From positions 13,012 through 77,011 of the forward strand of contig JBHORC010000016.1 in assembly GCA_042408445.1 (NCBI GenBank): a stretch of DNA of 64,000 bases. Direction: 5' to 3'. Shown here piece by piece: positions 53,155 through 62,076 of the stretch. The number at the start of each line of letters is the position of its first letter. The first letter of the stretch is position 1. The notes beneath the pieces are model-generated. The model did no database searches. It saw only the letters and a program-made list of their open reading frames with translations, and was not told the origin of the DNA. Source of the DNA: Chloroflexota bacterium (lineage in GTDB: Bacteria > Chloroflexota > Limnocylindria > Limnocylindrales > CSP1-4). A program made the position numbers and the translations under genes.

Positions 53155-54785
53155 CGCGGCCGCCGGTCCAGGGCGGCCGCCCGTCCCGCACGGGCCCACC
53201 CTGATGGTCCGCCGCGCGGGGCCGCCGGTGCGCCGGCCGGTGGCCGGGTAGCGGGCGCGCCGGCCGTGGCGGCCCCGGCCGCAGCGGCGACCCAGCGGGC
53301 GACCTCGAGGGCCTCGGCCCGTCCCTCGACGAGGGCACTTGCCCAGTGCTCGTCCACCCAGTCGATCGACGGCGGGCCGGCGCGGAAGAGGTCGCTCCGG
53401 ACGAGGAAGCGGTGGAAGGGCAGCGTCGTCTGGATCCCGGCCACTTCGGCCTCGTCCAGCGCACGCTCGAGCCGGTCCAGCGCCCGGCCCCGGTCGGCGT
53501 CGACGACCAGGAGCTTGGCGATCAGCGGGTCATAGTCGGGCGGGACCCGGTCTCCGGACCGAATCGCCGTGTCGACGCGGACGCCGGGACCGCCGGGCAT
53601 GTGCCACCGTGTCACCGTCCCGGGCGTCGGGGCGAAGGCGCGGGCCGGGTCCTCCGCCGAGAGCCGGACCTCGATCGCGTGACGCGGCGGGTCGGCGGCA
53701 GCGGCCGCGGCGGCGACCACTCCTTCGGACAGCGGCCGCCCGGCCGCGAGGAACAGCTGCTCACGGACGATGTCGATGTCGGCCACCAGCTCAGTCACGC
53801 CGTGCTCGACCTGGAGTCGGGTGTTGACCTCGAGGAACCAGAACCGGCGGTCGGGGTCGAACAGGAACTCCGCGGTCGCCGCGTTCTCCAACCCGGCGGC
53901 GCGCGCGGCGCGGACGGCCATCCCGTGCAGGTCGCCGCGCTCCTCGGCCGTGAGTCCGGGCGCCGGCGCCTCCTCCACGAGCTTCTGATGCCGCCGCTGG
54001 ACCGAGCAGTCGCGCTCGCCTACGGCGACGATCGTCCCGCCGCGGTCGCCCAGCAGCTGGACCTCGATGTGGCGTGCCGGCCGGATCTCCCGCTCCAGGT
54101 AGACGGTCCCGTCGCCGAACGCGGACCGGGCCTCGGCGGCCGCGGCGGTCAGCGACGCCGGCAGATCCGACTCACCCGGGACGCGACGCATCCCCCGCCC
54201 TCCCCCGCCGGCCGCGGCCTTGACGAGGAGCGGATAGCCGACGCGTCGAGCCACGGTCGCGATGGCGTCGAGCGCGTCGGGCCGGTCGATCTCCGCCGCC
54301 TCGAGGGTGCCCGGGACGACCGGCACACCGGCCGCGGCCGCCGACCGGCGCGCCGCGAGCTTGTCGCCGAGGGCCGCGATGGAGGCGCTCGACGGGCCGA
54401 CGAACACAAGACCGGCCCCCTCCACGGCCGCGGCGAACGCGGCCCGTTCGGACAGGAAGCCGTAGCCGGGATGGACCGCCTCGGCGCCCGTCGCGACGGC
54501 GGCCTCGATGATCGCCTCGCCTCGGAGATAGCTCTCGGCCGCGGGCGGCGGGCCAAGGCGAACGGCCTGGTCCGCCGCCCGGACGTGAGCCGCGTTCGCA
54601 TCTGCGTCGCTGTAGACGGCGACGGTCTCGATGCCCAGCTCACGGCACGCCCGGATGATGCGGAGGGCGATCTCCCCCCGGTTCGCGATGAGGACCCTGC
54701 CGAAGGGACGGTCCGGGCGTGGTCCGTCTTTGCGCAAAGACGCCCGGCGGTCGGCGTCCCTCCCCGAGTGCGCGGCATCCGTCAA
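53151..54785 (-). CDS. Biotin carboxylase subunit of acyl-CoA (propionyl-CoA) carboxylase
   Basis: ATP-grasp biotin carboxylase ([41 protein letters not shown]). The TTG start overlaps the pccB stop. The N-terminus contains palindrome 1 (residues ASLRKDG). Confidence 0.9.
   Translation of the reverse strand: MTDAAHSGRDADRRASLRKDGPRPDRPFGRVLIANRGEIALRIIRACRELGIETVAVYSDADANAAHVRAADQAVRLGPPPAAESYLRGEAIIEAAVATGAEAVHPGYGFLSERAAFAAAVEGAGLVFVGPSSASIAALGDKLAARRSAAAAGVPVVPGTLEAAEIDRPDALDAIATVARRVGYPLLVKAAAGGGGRGMRRVPGESDLPASLTAAAAEARSAFGDGTVYLEREIRPARHIEVQLLGDRGGTIVAVGERDCSVQRRHQKLVEEAPAPGLTAEERGDLHGMAVRAARAAGLENAATAEFLFDPDRRFWFLEVNTRLQVEHGVTELVADIDIVREQLFLAAGRPLSEGVVAAAAAAADPPRHAIEVRLSAEDPARAFAPTPGTVTRWHMPGGPGVRVDTAIRSGDRVPPDYDPLIAKLLVVDADRGRALDRLERALDEAEVAGIQTTLPFHRFLVRSDLFRAGPPSIDWVDEHWASALVEGRAEALEVARWVAAAAGAATAGAPATRPPAGAPAAPRGGPSGWARAGRAAALDRRPR
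54725..54742. promoter_or_regulatory. Palindrome 1: CGTCTTTGCGCAAAGACG (18-bp perfect inverted repeat)
   Basis: Seen directly in sequence. It encodes SLRKD in frame near the 5' end of the biotin carboxylase gene. Exact coordinates come from the ORF frame. Confidence 0.6.
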
Positions 54786-56383
54786 AGGGGAATGTTCCCG
54801 TGCTTCTTCGGCGGGTTCGTGTCCCGCTTCGTCGCGAGCACATCCAGTGCCGCGATGAGTCGCGGCCGCGTCTCGGACGGGAGGATGACGTCGTCGAGGT
54901 AGCCGCGCGCCGCGGCGATGTAGGGATGGGCGAACCGTGCGCGGTACTCGTCGACGAGGCGGCGCTGTTCGGCTGCCGCATCAGCGGCCCCATCGATCTG
55001 GTCGCGGTAGATGACGTTCACCGCGCCGTCGGCGCCCATGACGGCAATCTCTGCGGTCGGCCACCCGACGTTGAGGTCGCCGCGAAGATGCTTGCTGCTC
55101 ATGACGTCGTATGCGCCGCCGTAAGCCTTGCGGGTGATGACGGTCAGCTTTGGAACCGTCGCCTCTGCGTAGGCGAACAGCAGCTTCGCGCCGTGCCGGA
55201 TGATTCCGCCGTGCTCCTGGTCGACACCGGGAAGGAAGCCGGGAACGTCGACGAAGGTCACGAGCGGAACGTTGAAGCAGTCGCAGGTCCGGACGAAGCG
55301 CGCCGCTTTCGTCGACGCCGCGATGTCGAGCGCCCCGGCGAGGACGGAGGGTTGCTGCGCGACGATCCCGACACTCCGGCCGGCGAGTCGACCGAACCCG
55401 ACGAGGATGTTCTGCGCCCAGTCCGGCTGGATCTCGAGGAAGGTTCCGTCGTCGACGACGCGCCGAATGACCTCGTGCATGTCGTAGGCGAGACTCGGGT
55501 CGTCCGGGACGATGTCGTTCAGGTCGGCGTCGCGACGATCCGCCGGATCCGTCCACTCGGTCCGCGGAGGGTCGTCGACGTTGTTCTGCGGGAGGTAGGC
55601 CAGGATTTCGCGAACCGTCTCGAGCGCCGCAGCCTCGTCCGGCGTCGCGATGTGGGCGACGCCGCTGACGGACGTGTGCGTTGCCGCTCCGCCGAGACGC
55701 TCCGCGTCGACGTCCTCGTGGGTGACCGCGCGGACGACGTTCGGGCCGGTGACGAACATGTAGCTCGTCCCCTCCACCATCACGGTGAAGTCGGTGATCG
55801 CCGGCGAGTAGACCGCTCCCCCGGCGCACGGCCCCATGACGACGGAGAGCTGCGGAACGACGCCCGACGCCAGCGTGTTGCGGAGGAAGATGTCGGCGTA
55901 TCCACCGAGCGACACGACGCCTTCCTGGATCCGCGCCCCACCCGAGTCGTTCAATCCGATGATCGGCGCTCCGACCTTCATCGCCAGATCCATCAGCTTG
56001 CAGACCTTGGCGGCATACGCCTCGGACAGTGAGCCACCGAAGACGGTGAAGTCCTGACTGAAGACGAACACGACTCGCCCATCGATCGTTCCATGGCCGG
56101 TCACCACACCGTCGCCGAGAATCGCGTCGGGGTCGCTGTCCGCGCCCCGCGCCGTGACGAATGCATCGATCTCGACGAACGACCCCGGGTCGAGCAGGAG
56201 ATCGATTCGTTCGCGGGCGGTCAGCTTGCCGCGGGCATGCTGCTGGTCGACGCGCGCCTCGCCGCCTCCCTCGAGCGACCGAGCGCGCATCGACGCGAGA
56301 CGCGCGGCGCCGCCGTCGTTGTTCACGGAGTCGTCGTCATGGGCCCACTCCCGTTCGCTGTCTTTGCGCAAGGACAGATGCAC
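54782..56383 (-). CDS. Propionyl-CoA / acyl-CoA carboxylase carboxyltransferase (beta) subunit
   Basis: [27 protein letters not shown] and two carboxyltransferase domains. GTG start. Codons 3-8 (LSLRKDS) are encoded by palindrome 2. Confidence 0.9.
   Translation of the reverse strand: MHLSLRKDSEREWAHDDDSVNNDGGAARLASMRARSLEGGGEARVDQQHARGKLTARERIDLLLDPGSFVEIDAFVTARGADSDPDAILGDGVVTGHGTIDGRVVFVFSQDFTVFGGSLSEAYAAKVCKLMDLAMKVGAPIIGLNDSGGARIQEGVVSLGGYADIFLRNTLASGVVPQLSVVMGPCAGGAVYSPAITDFTVMVEGTSYMFVTGPNVVRAVTHEDVDAERLGGAATHTSVSGVAHIATPDEAAALETVREILAYLPQNNVDDPPRTEWTDPADRRDADLNDIVPDDPSLAYDMHEVIRRVVDDGTFLEIQPDWAQNILVGFGRLAGRSVGIVAQQPSVLAGALDIAASTKAARFVRTCDCFNVPLVTFVDVPGFLPGVDQEHGGIIRHGAKLLFAYAEATVPKLTVITRKAYGGAYDVMSSKHLRGDLNVGWPTAEIAVMGADGAVNVIYRDQIDGAADAAAEQRRLVDEYRARFAHPYIAAARGYLDDVILPSETRPRLIAALDVLATKRDTNPPKKHGNIPL
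56358..56377. promoter_or_regulatory. Palindrome 2: CTGTCTTTGCGCAAGGACAG (20 bp, 1 mismatch)
   Basis: It overlaps the first codons of the carboxyltransferase gene (SLRKD again), ~90 nt from the DnaA-box pair. Confidence 0.6.
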
Positions 56384-56462
56384 AGGTCAACGTCCGACCG
56401 ATGATAGAGGTGGGCGATCGCGCGAATGCACCGCGAATCGGGGGCCGCTCGGCCTCTGTCAC

Positions 56463-56504
56463 ATATCCACAAAATGGTGAACAACTCGCCGGATCTGTGG
56501 ATAA
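56463..56504. promoter_or_regulatory. Pair of convergent DnaA boxes (ATATCCACA ... TGTGGATAA) in an AT-rich stretch of the pccB-parA intergenic region
   Basis: Box 1 is at 56463-56471 (8/9 to TTATCCACA). Box 2 is at 56496-56504 (perfect complement of TTATCCACA). The intervening aaaatggtgaacaac is unusually AT-rich for this genome. Confidence 0.5.
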
Positions 56505-56586
56505 CGTCGTCGCCCGCCCACCTGGTCGGAGGAGTAGCATCACGGCCAGTCCCCGTCCGACGCGTCGACCCGTCCGACGCCGATTC

Positions 56587-57378
56587 ATGCTTCGAGGTGA
56601 TGCCCCGGTGACGCAGGTGATCGCGATTGCGAACCAGAAGGGCGGAGTCGGCAAGACGACGACAGCCATCAATCTCGCGGGCGCCCTCGAGGAGGAGGGC
56701 TATCGCATTCTCTGCATCGACATGGACCCGCAGGCGAATCTGACGGCGGGCCTGGGAATCAACCTGAACACGGTCGACAAGTCGATGGCTGACGTCCTCG
56801 CGGACGGACGCGCGACCCTCGCCGACGTTGTTCGACCGACGGACAGCGCGGGGATCGACATCGCGCCTGCGAACATCGACCTCGCAAGCACCGAGGGTGA
56901 GCTGTTCACCGCCCTCGGCCGCGAGCAGGTCCTGCGCGATGCGCTCGAGGGCCAGGTCGGCGTCTACGACTTCGTCCTGATCGACTGCCCGCCAAACCTC
57001 GGCCTCCTGACCGTCAACGGCCTGGTCGCTGCGAACAGCGTGATCATCCCCGTCCAGACCCAGTACTACGCGATGAAGGGCCTGAACAACCTGGTCAAGG
57101 TCATCAACATGATCCGGATGAAGTTGAACCGCGACCTTCGGATCCTCGGCCTGCTGCCAACCTTCTTCGACAGCCGAACGAACCTCGCGCGGGACATGCT
57201 GGACGAGCTGCGCGTCGTCGGCGATCACCACGTGTTCAGCAGCATCATCCGGAACACGGTGAAGCTCGGCGAGGCCCCCCTCGCCGGACGGCCGATCACG
57301 TCCTACGCCGGCGCCTCAGAAGCGGCGCGGACCTATCGCGAGCTTGCCCGTGAGGTGATCGACCTTGGCCAGGCCTGA
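56587..57378 (+). CDS. parA: Chromosome partitioning ATPase ParA/Soj
   Basis: Deviant Walker A (IAIANQKGGVGKTTTAINLA), ParA-type motifs (DMDPQANLT, LIDCPPNLGLLT). The start is ATG 56587 (MLRGDAPVTQVIAI). Confidence 0.9.
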   Translation: MLRGDAPVTQVIAIANQKGGVGKTTTAINLAGALEEEGYRILCIDMDPQANLTAGLGINLNTVDKSMADVLADGRATLADVVRPTDSAGIDIAPANIDLASTEGELFTALGREQVLRDALEGQVGVYDFVLIDCPPNLGLLTVNGLVAANSVIIPVQTQYYAMKGLNNLVKVINMIRMKLNRDLRILGLLPTFFDSRTNLARDMLDELRVVGDHHVFSSIIRNTVKLGEAPLAGRPITSYAGASEAARTYRELAREVIDLGQA

Positions 57379-58369
57379 TTTCCGCGCCGTCGCAGCACGA
57401 CGCCTCGCCGAGGATCGCGAACTCTCACCCGCGATCGTCAGCCTGCTCAGCTCGGACAAGGTGGGCCGGGCGACTGGCATCAAGATCCTGCCGATCGACC
57501 GGATCGAGTCGAACCCGCAGCAGCCCCGGATGGTGTTCGACGAGGACGCCCTCCACGAGCTCGCCGGCTCCATCAAGGAGCACGGTGTCCTCCAGCCCAT
57601 CCTCGTCCGACCGCTCGGCGAGAACCGATACCAGCTGATCGCCGGTGAGCGTCGCTGGCGCGCGACGCGTGAAGCCGGCCTCACGACGATCCCGGCGCTC
57701 GTCGAGGAGATGGACGACGACACCGCCCTGGAGATCTCGATCATCGAGAACCTCCAGCGCGAGGACCTCTCGCCGCTCGAAGAAGCCTCGATGTACGACC
57801 GAATGATCCACGAGCACGGGTACAGCATCCGGAAGCTCGCGGAGAAGCTCGGCAAGGACAAGGGCTATCTGGAGAACCGCCTTCGCCTCGCCGATGCGCC
57901 GGAGGAGATCCGGCAGCTCGTGTCCTTGCGCAAAGACACGCTCTCGCACGCCTACGAACTGCTGAAGGTCGACGACCCGAAGAAGCGGCGGAAGCTGGCG
58001 GCCCAGGTCGCCGCCGGCGAGCTGTCGCTGGTGAAGCTCCGCGAGCGGATCGAGGGTCGCCGACCCCATCTCGTCGACGACGCGGTCACGGAGCTCCCGG
58101 CTCCGACCACCCTCGACCGTGACGAGGACGCCGCGGCCGGCTGGGAGGCGCCCGCCGAGGCGTCCGGCCCGCTGGGGGACGATTCCCTCGTGCAGGCGCG
58201 ACATCAGCTCAACGAGGCGGTCGAGGATCTGGTTTCCGTCTTGCGGTCGCCGGACGTCGTCCGGTCGATCCCCGACGTGGATCGGGCGAACCTCGCGAAG
58301 TACCTGACGATCGCCAAGCTGAAGCTCGAGAACGCGATCGCCGTCGTCCGGACGGGCGACCCCGGCTGA
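57365..58369 (+). CDS. parB: Chromosome partitioning protein ParB/Spo0J
   Basis: ParB box (QPRMVFDEDALHELAGSIKEHGVLQPILVRP), HTH (SIRKLAEKLGKDKGYLENRLRL), C-terminal dimerisation region. The TTG start overlaps the parA end (GTG at VGRATG is an alternative). It contains palindrome 3. Confidence 0.85.
   Translation: MARPDFRAVAARRLAEDRELSPAIVSLLSSDKVGRATGIKILPIDRIESNPQQPRMVFDEDALHELAGSIKEHGVLQPILVRPLGENRYQLIAGERRWRATREAGLTTIPALVEEMDDDTALEISIIENLQREDLSPLEEASMYDRMIHEHGYSIRKLAEKLGKDKGYLENRLRLADAPEEIRQLVSLRKDTLSHAYELLKVDDPKKRRKLAAQVAAGELSLVKLRERIEGRRPHLVDDAVTELPAPTTLDRDEDAAAGWEAPAEASGPLGDDSLVQARHQLNEAVEDLVSVLRSPDVVRSIPDVDRANLAKYLTIAKLKLENAIAVVRTGDPG
57920..57939. promoter_or_regulatory. Palindrome 3: GTGTCCTTGCGCAAAGACAC (20 bp, 1 mismatch) inside parB
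   Basis: It encodes VSLRKDT at ParB residues 186-192, in the same reading frame and peptide as copies 1 and 2. Confidence 0.6.
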
Positions 58370-58489
58370 CGCCTCGCCGCGGTCGGCCCGCCACTTTGGC
58401 TTGGTGGCCCGTCGGAGGGAGCCCGGCTGCTGCCTCGGGTCGCCCGGGCCGCCGGTTGCGCGGACGCGCGGGCGCCCTACCGCCGCTCG

Positions 58490-59245
58490 TCAGGTGAGGA
58501 CGGCGCGGACCCAGGCGACGGCCAGAACGGCGAGCGCGATCGCCTCGAGCTGCCACGACCGCTCGCGGCCGGCCGCGGATCGTCTCGCCGCGGTCCCGCC
58601 CGCAACGCTGGCGGCAACGCCGGCAGCCACGATCACTGCGCCGTCGACGATGGCGATCCCCGCGATGATCCCGGCTCCCGTCGCGATCACGGTCACGACG
58701 GCGTAGAGGCCGCCGCTCACCGCGGCCGCCCGCCGGGCGCCGAGGACCGCGGCGACCGAGGTCCGGCCCGCCGCCTCGTCGCGCTCCACGTCGACCAGGG
58801 CGTTCCCGATCGCGAGGCCCGCGCCGGCTGCCATCGCGGCGGGGACGACAACCAGGAACGCCGGGGCGATTGGCCCCGTGGCGCCGACCCAGCCGAAGAG
58901 CGGCAGGATCGGGATCCCGACGGCGAACGGCAGCCACGACCAGACCGTCCCCTTCAGTCGCAGGTCGTACGCGAGGCCGATCGCAACGACCAGGACGGCG
59001 ATCAGCCCGGTGAGCGTTCCGAGGGACCAGGCAAGCGCGATCCCGCCGAGGAAGCAGACCGCCGCGAGCGCTCTGGCAGCGCGCGGTTCGACGAGCCCGG
59101 ACGGGATCGGCTTGCCGGGCTTGAGGCCCCGGTCGTGGACCGCGTCGACGACGTCGTTCACCGTCCCGATGCCGAGCTGGAGGAGCGTCATCGCGGCGCC
59201 AACTCGGAGGCCGGTGTCCGCCCCGCCGCCCGCGACCGCCGCCAC
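58490..59245 (-). CDS. UbiA family prenyltransferase (integral membrane), N-terminally short
   Basis: The NDxxDxxxD motif (NDVVDAVHD) lies only 29 aa from the first available start (GTG 59245). The upstream frame is stop-free for >60 codons but lacks ATG/GTG/TTG, so the true N-terminus is unresolved and the gene may be truncated. Confidence 0.55.
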   Translation of the reverse strand: MAAVAGGGADTGLRVGAAMTLLQLGIGTVNDVVDAVHDRGLKPGKPIPSGLVEPRAARALAAVCFLGGIALAWSLGTLTGLIAVLVVAIGLAYDLRLKGTVWSWLPFAVGIPILPLFGWVGATGPIAPAFLVVVPAAMAAGAGLAIGNALVDVERDEAAGRTSVAAVLGARRAAAVSGGLYAVVTVIATGAGIIAGIAIVDGAVIVAAGVAASVAGGTAARRSAAGRERSWQLEAIALAVLAVAWVRAVLT

Positions 59246-59336
59246 TCCCCCACTGACGAGGCCGTCGAGGATCGATGGGAATGGATGGGTGATCCGGATC
59301 CAGCCGATCGCCCGGTCGACCGCTCTCGGCGGGCTG

Positions 59337-59789
59337 TCAGACGTAGACGAGCTCGCCGAAGTTCGCCACGAGGTACTCGATCAAGCGGTCCCGACCATCG
59401 GCCACCTGGGACCGAATGCCCGGGACCAGGGCGAAGAGCGTGATCGCGGGGACCATCAGGTTCCCGTCGCGATCGCGACCGATCGATGCGGGCGGGCCGC
59501 CGCCGGAAGCGAACACCCGTTCGAAACCGGCCTCGTCGAGCCCGGCCGCTCGCCGGAAGTCCGCCACGACCTTGCGGACACCGCGGCGGATCGCGACGTC
59601 CCGCATCAGCTCGGCCGCCCACGCGTCGAGCTGGTCGTCGGACTGCTCGGCGAGTCGGTCGCGATATTCGCTGGGGTCGGCGGATAGGCCGGTCGTCGCC
59701 ACGGATTCTCCCTGCTCGAGATCGGCCGGAGTATGCCAGAGTCGCCGGTCTCGGGGCCTTGCCCGTTTGGGTCTCGAGGTGGCCGACAC
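59337..59789 (-). CDS. Hypothetical protein (150 aa)
   Basis: No domain recognised; ends LIEYLVANFGELVYV; coding supported by GC3 only. Confidence 0.4.
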   Translation of the reverse strand: MSATSRPKRARPRDRRLWHTPADLEQGESVATTGLSADPSEYRDRLAEQSDDQLDAWAAELMRDVAIRRGVRKVVADFRRAAGLDEAGFERVFASGGGPPASIGRDRDGNLMVPAITLFALVPGIRSQVADGRDRLIEYLVANFGELVYV

Positions 59790-59814
59790 GACCGTGGGGT
59801 CTGGCGCCGCGCCG

Positions 59815-61377
59815 TCAGTCCGTCGCGTCCGCCGCTTCCATCGCCGGCGACGCCGCCGCCGCGGACTCGCGCTCGAGGGCTTCCCGGGCCGCCGCCTCCG
59901 CTGCGGCGCGACTCCCCTCCGGCCAGTCGTTGAACAGCTCGGTCAGCCAGCGTCCGAACCGACCCGGCGGCCGGGCGGGAGGGACATCGGCGACGAGGAG
60001 GCGCAGCTCCTCGTGGACCCGCCCGGTCAGCGCCGCGACGGCCTCGCGGCGTGCCGTCCCGCTCGTCGGGATCGGCGCACCGACACGGACCGTGATCCGG
60101 CGACCGAAGCCGAGCCACGAGGTCCCGATGAGGGCGATCGGGACGATCGGGACCCGCTCCCGGAGCGCGAACCAGGCCGGCCCCTCACTGAGCGGGCCCA
60201 CACGGGACTCGATCGGCTGGATCCTCCCCTCCCCCGCGATTGCGACGACGCTCCCGGCGGCGATCGCCGCGTGCACCCGGCGCGCCGCCTCGAGCAGGTC
60301 GTTCTTGCCGGGTCGGTACGGAATCGTCAGGCCGGTCCAGGTCATCAGCCGGTTTCGGCCGCCGACAGACATGTCCTCCTCCTTCGGGCCGAAGAACATC
60401 AGTCGGGGCCGCATCGGAAGGGTCGCCATCAGGACGAACGGATCCGCCCACCCGAGATGGTTGAAGCAGTAGATGGCCGGGCCACCCGGCAGCCGCTCGC
60501 GCCCCTCGACCCGAAGACGAAACAGGGCGTGGCAGAACAGCCAGGCCGCCCGGCGGCTGAGTCTCGTCCGGATCGCCCGCCGCAGGGGGTGGAGACGGTC
60601 CGGCGACGCCGGCCGACGCGCACGACCGCCCGGCGCTCCCGTCCGCGTCGCATCTGGCTCCGCGCCGTCCGTGCCGGCCGCTCGCGCCATCGGCTCCGGA
60701 TCGAGATCGGCGATCCGTTCGAGGACCTCGTCGGCGATCTCGGCTGAGCCGGGGGCGGGCGGAACGGCCGCGTTCGGGACAAGGACGGCACGCATTCCCG
60801 CGGCCCGCGCGGCGGCAAGGCCGTTGAACGAGTCTTCGACCACGAGGACGGCCGCCGGATGGACGGCCAGCCGTCGCGCCGCCTCGAGGAACACGTCCGG
60901 AGCCGGCTTGCCCCGCTCGACCTCATCCGACGAGACGACCGCCCGGAAGACCTCGGACAGGCCGGTCGCGACGAGCGCCGCATCGATCACCGCCCGATGC
61001 GAGGACGAGGCGAGGGCGACGGGCCAGCGGGCGGCGATCCGGCGCACGGTCTCGACGGCGTCCGCGATCGTCGGCGCGCCCTCGTGCCGATAGCGCTCGA
61101 CCATCGCGTCGACGACCTCGCGCTCGATGTCGGCCGCCGGGAGATCGAGGCCGAGACGGTCGCGCATCGTCTCCGACCACTGCCGCGAGTTCGCACCCAT
61201 GACGGCGCGCTGATCCTCCGCCGTCCAGGTCCGCCCGTGTCGAGCCCCGAAGGCGTGACGGACCTCGTCCCACCAGATCTCGGAATCGACGACGACACCG
61301 TCGAGGTCGAAGATCACGGCCGCGATCGGCCGGCCGGCTCCGCCCCGCGGACTCGCCTCGAGGTCGTCGGCGTTCAC
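59815..61377 (-). CDS. Fusion protein: HAD-IA hydrolase (beta-phosphoglucomutase-like) N-terminal domain + 1-acyl-sn-glycerol-3-phosphate acyltransferase (PlsC/LPLAT) C-terminal domain
   Basis: HAD motif I FDLDGVVVDSE, motif III GKPAPDVF, motif IV VVEDSFNGLAAARAAG. An Ala/Pro/Gly linker follows, then LPLAT motifs NHLGWADPF (HX4D), FFGPKEE, IAGEGRI, PIVPIAL. Confidence 0.75.
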   Translation of the reverse strand: MNADDLEASPRGGAGRPIAAVIFDLDGVVVDSEIWWDEVRHAFGARHGRTWTAEDQRAVMGANSRQWSETMRDRLGLDLPAADIEREVVDAMVERYRHEGAPTIADAVETVRRIAARWPVALASSSHRAVIDAALVATGLSEVFRAVVSSDEVERGKPAPDVFLEAARRLAVHPAAVLVVEDSFNGLAAARAAGMRAVLVPNAAVPPAPGSAEIADEVLERIADLDPEPMARAAGTDGAEPDATRTGAPGGRARRPASPDRLHPLRRAIRTRLSRRAAWLFCHALFRLRVEGRERLPGGPAIYCFNHLGWADPFVLMATLPMRPRLMFFGPKEEDMSVGGRNRLMTWTGLTIPYRPGKNDLLEAARRVHAAIAAGSVVAIAGEGRIQPIESRVGPLSEGPAWFALRERVPIVPIALIGTSWLGFGRRITVRVGAPIPTSGTARREAVAALTGRVHEELRLLVADVPPARPPGRFGRWLTELFNDWPEGSRAAAEAAAREALERESAAAASPAMEAADATD

Positions 61378-61883
61378 CCCGCTGCGGACGCCCTCTTGGC
61401 TGCCGCCGGGGTCCCGGGCGACCGGCCGGCCGGGCGACGGCCGCCGGTTGGCGCGTCGTCGAGGACGGACATCGGGCGGCCGTCGATCGCGGCGATGATC
61501 CGGAGCGCGAAGGCCGCGACCCGATCGGCCTCGGCGTCGACGCCGCGAAGGATCGTCCCCTCGACCTGGAAGCTGAGCAGGCGATGTCCCGCCTGCGTCT
61601 CGAGTCCGAGCTCCCCGACAGACACGCGATTCCAGCGGATCAGCTTCGTCGAGGCGCGCGGACCTTCACCGGGAACGTTGACCCGGACGAAGCAGACGAC
61701 GAGGCCCGCATCCGTCGGCACGAGGATCGAGTACCGGGACGCCGGCTCCTCTCCCCAGGCCACCCAGCAGTGCGGATCGCCCTCCGCACCGAACGCGGCG
61801 AGAACGGGATCCACGACCGCGGCGACCTTGCTCGAGGCCGCGTCCTTGTGCGGTGCCGAGGCCCGCCACTCGCTGAGTCGCAC
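61374..61883 (-). CDS. Hypothetical protein (169 aa), translationally coupled to the HAD-PlsC fusion gene
   Basis: ATGA-type overlap at 61374-61377; no assignable domain. Confidence 0.45.
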   Translation of the reverse strand: MRLSEWRASAPHKDAASSKVAAVVDPVLAAFGAEGDPHCWVAWGEEPASRYSILVPTDAGLVVCFVRVNVPGEGPRASTKLIRWNRVSVGELGLETQAGHRLLSFQVEGTILRGVDAEADRVAAFALRIIAAIDGRPMSVLDDAPTGGRRPAGRSPGTPAAAKRASAAG

Positions 61884-62076
61884 TGCGCCCTCCGGTTGCG
61901 CTCCGGCGTGGTTCGTGGGGTCCGGCCGAGGCTAGCACAGTCCTGTACCGTTCCCGTCGCGCGGGCCAGACGCGGGCGGGAGCGGCGCGTCGCCGGGGCA
62001 CTCGAGAACGGGAGGCAGGCGACGAAGGAATGAACGGGAACGTCGCACACCGCTCCGGATCGTCACGGCAGCGACC

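Noticed and set aside
54725-57939. Interpreting the palindromes as canonical parS
   Set aside because: The core TTGCGCAA differs from the parS consensus core CACGTG at most positions, so they are reported as a distinct palindrome family pending binding data.
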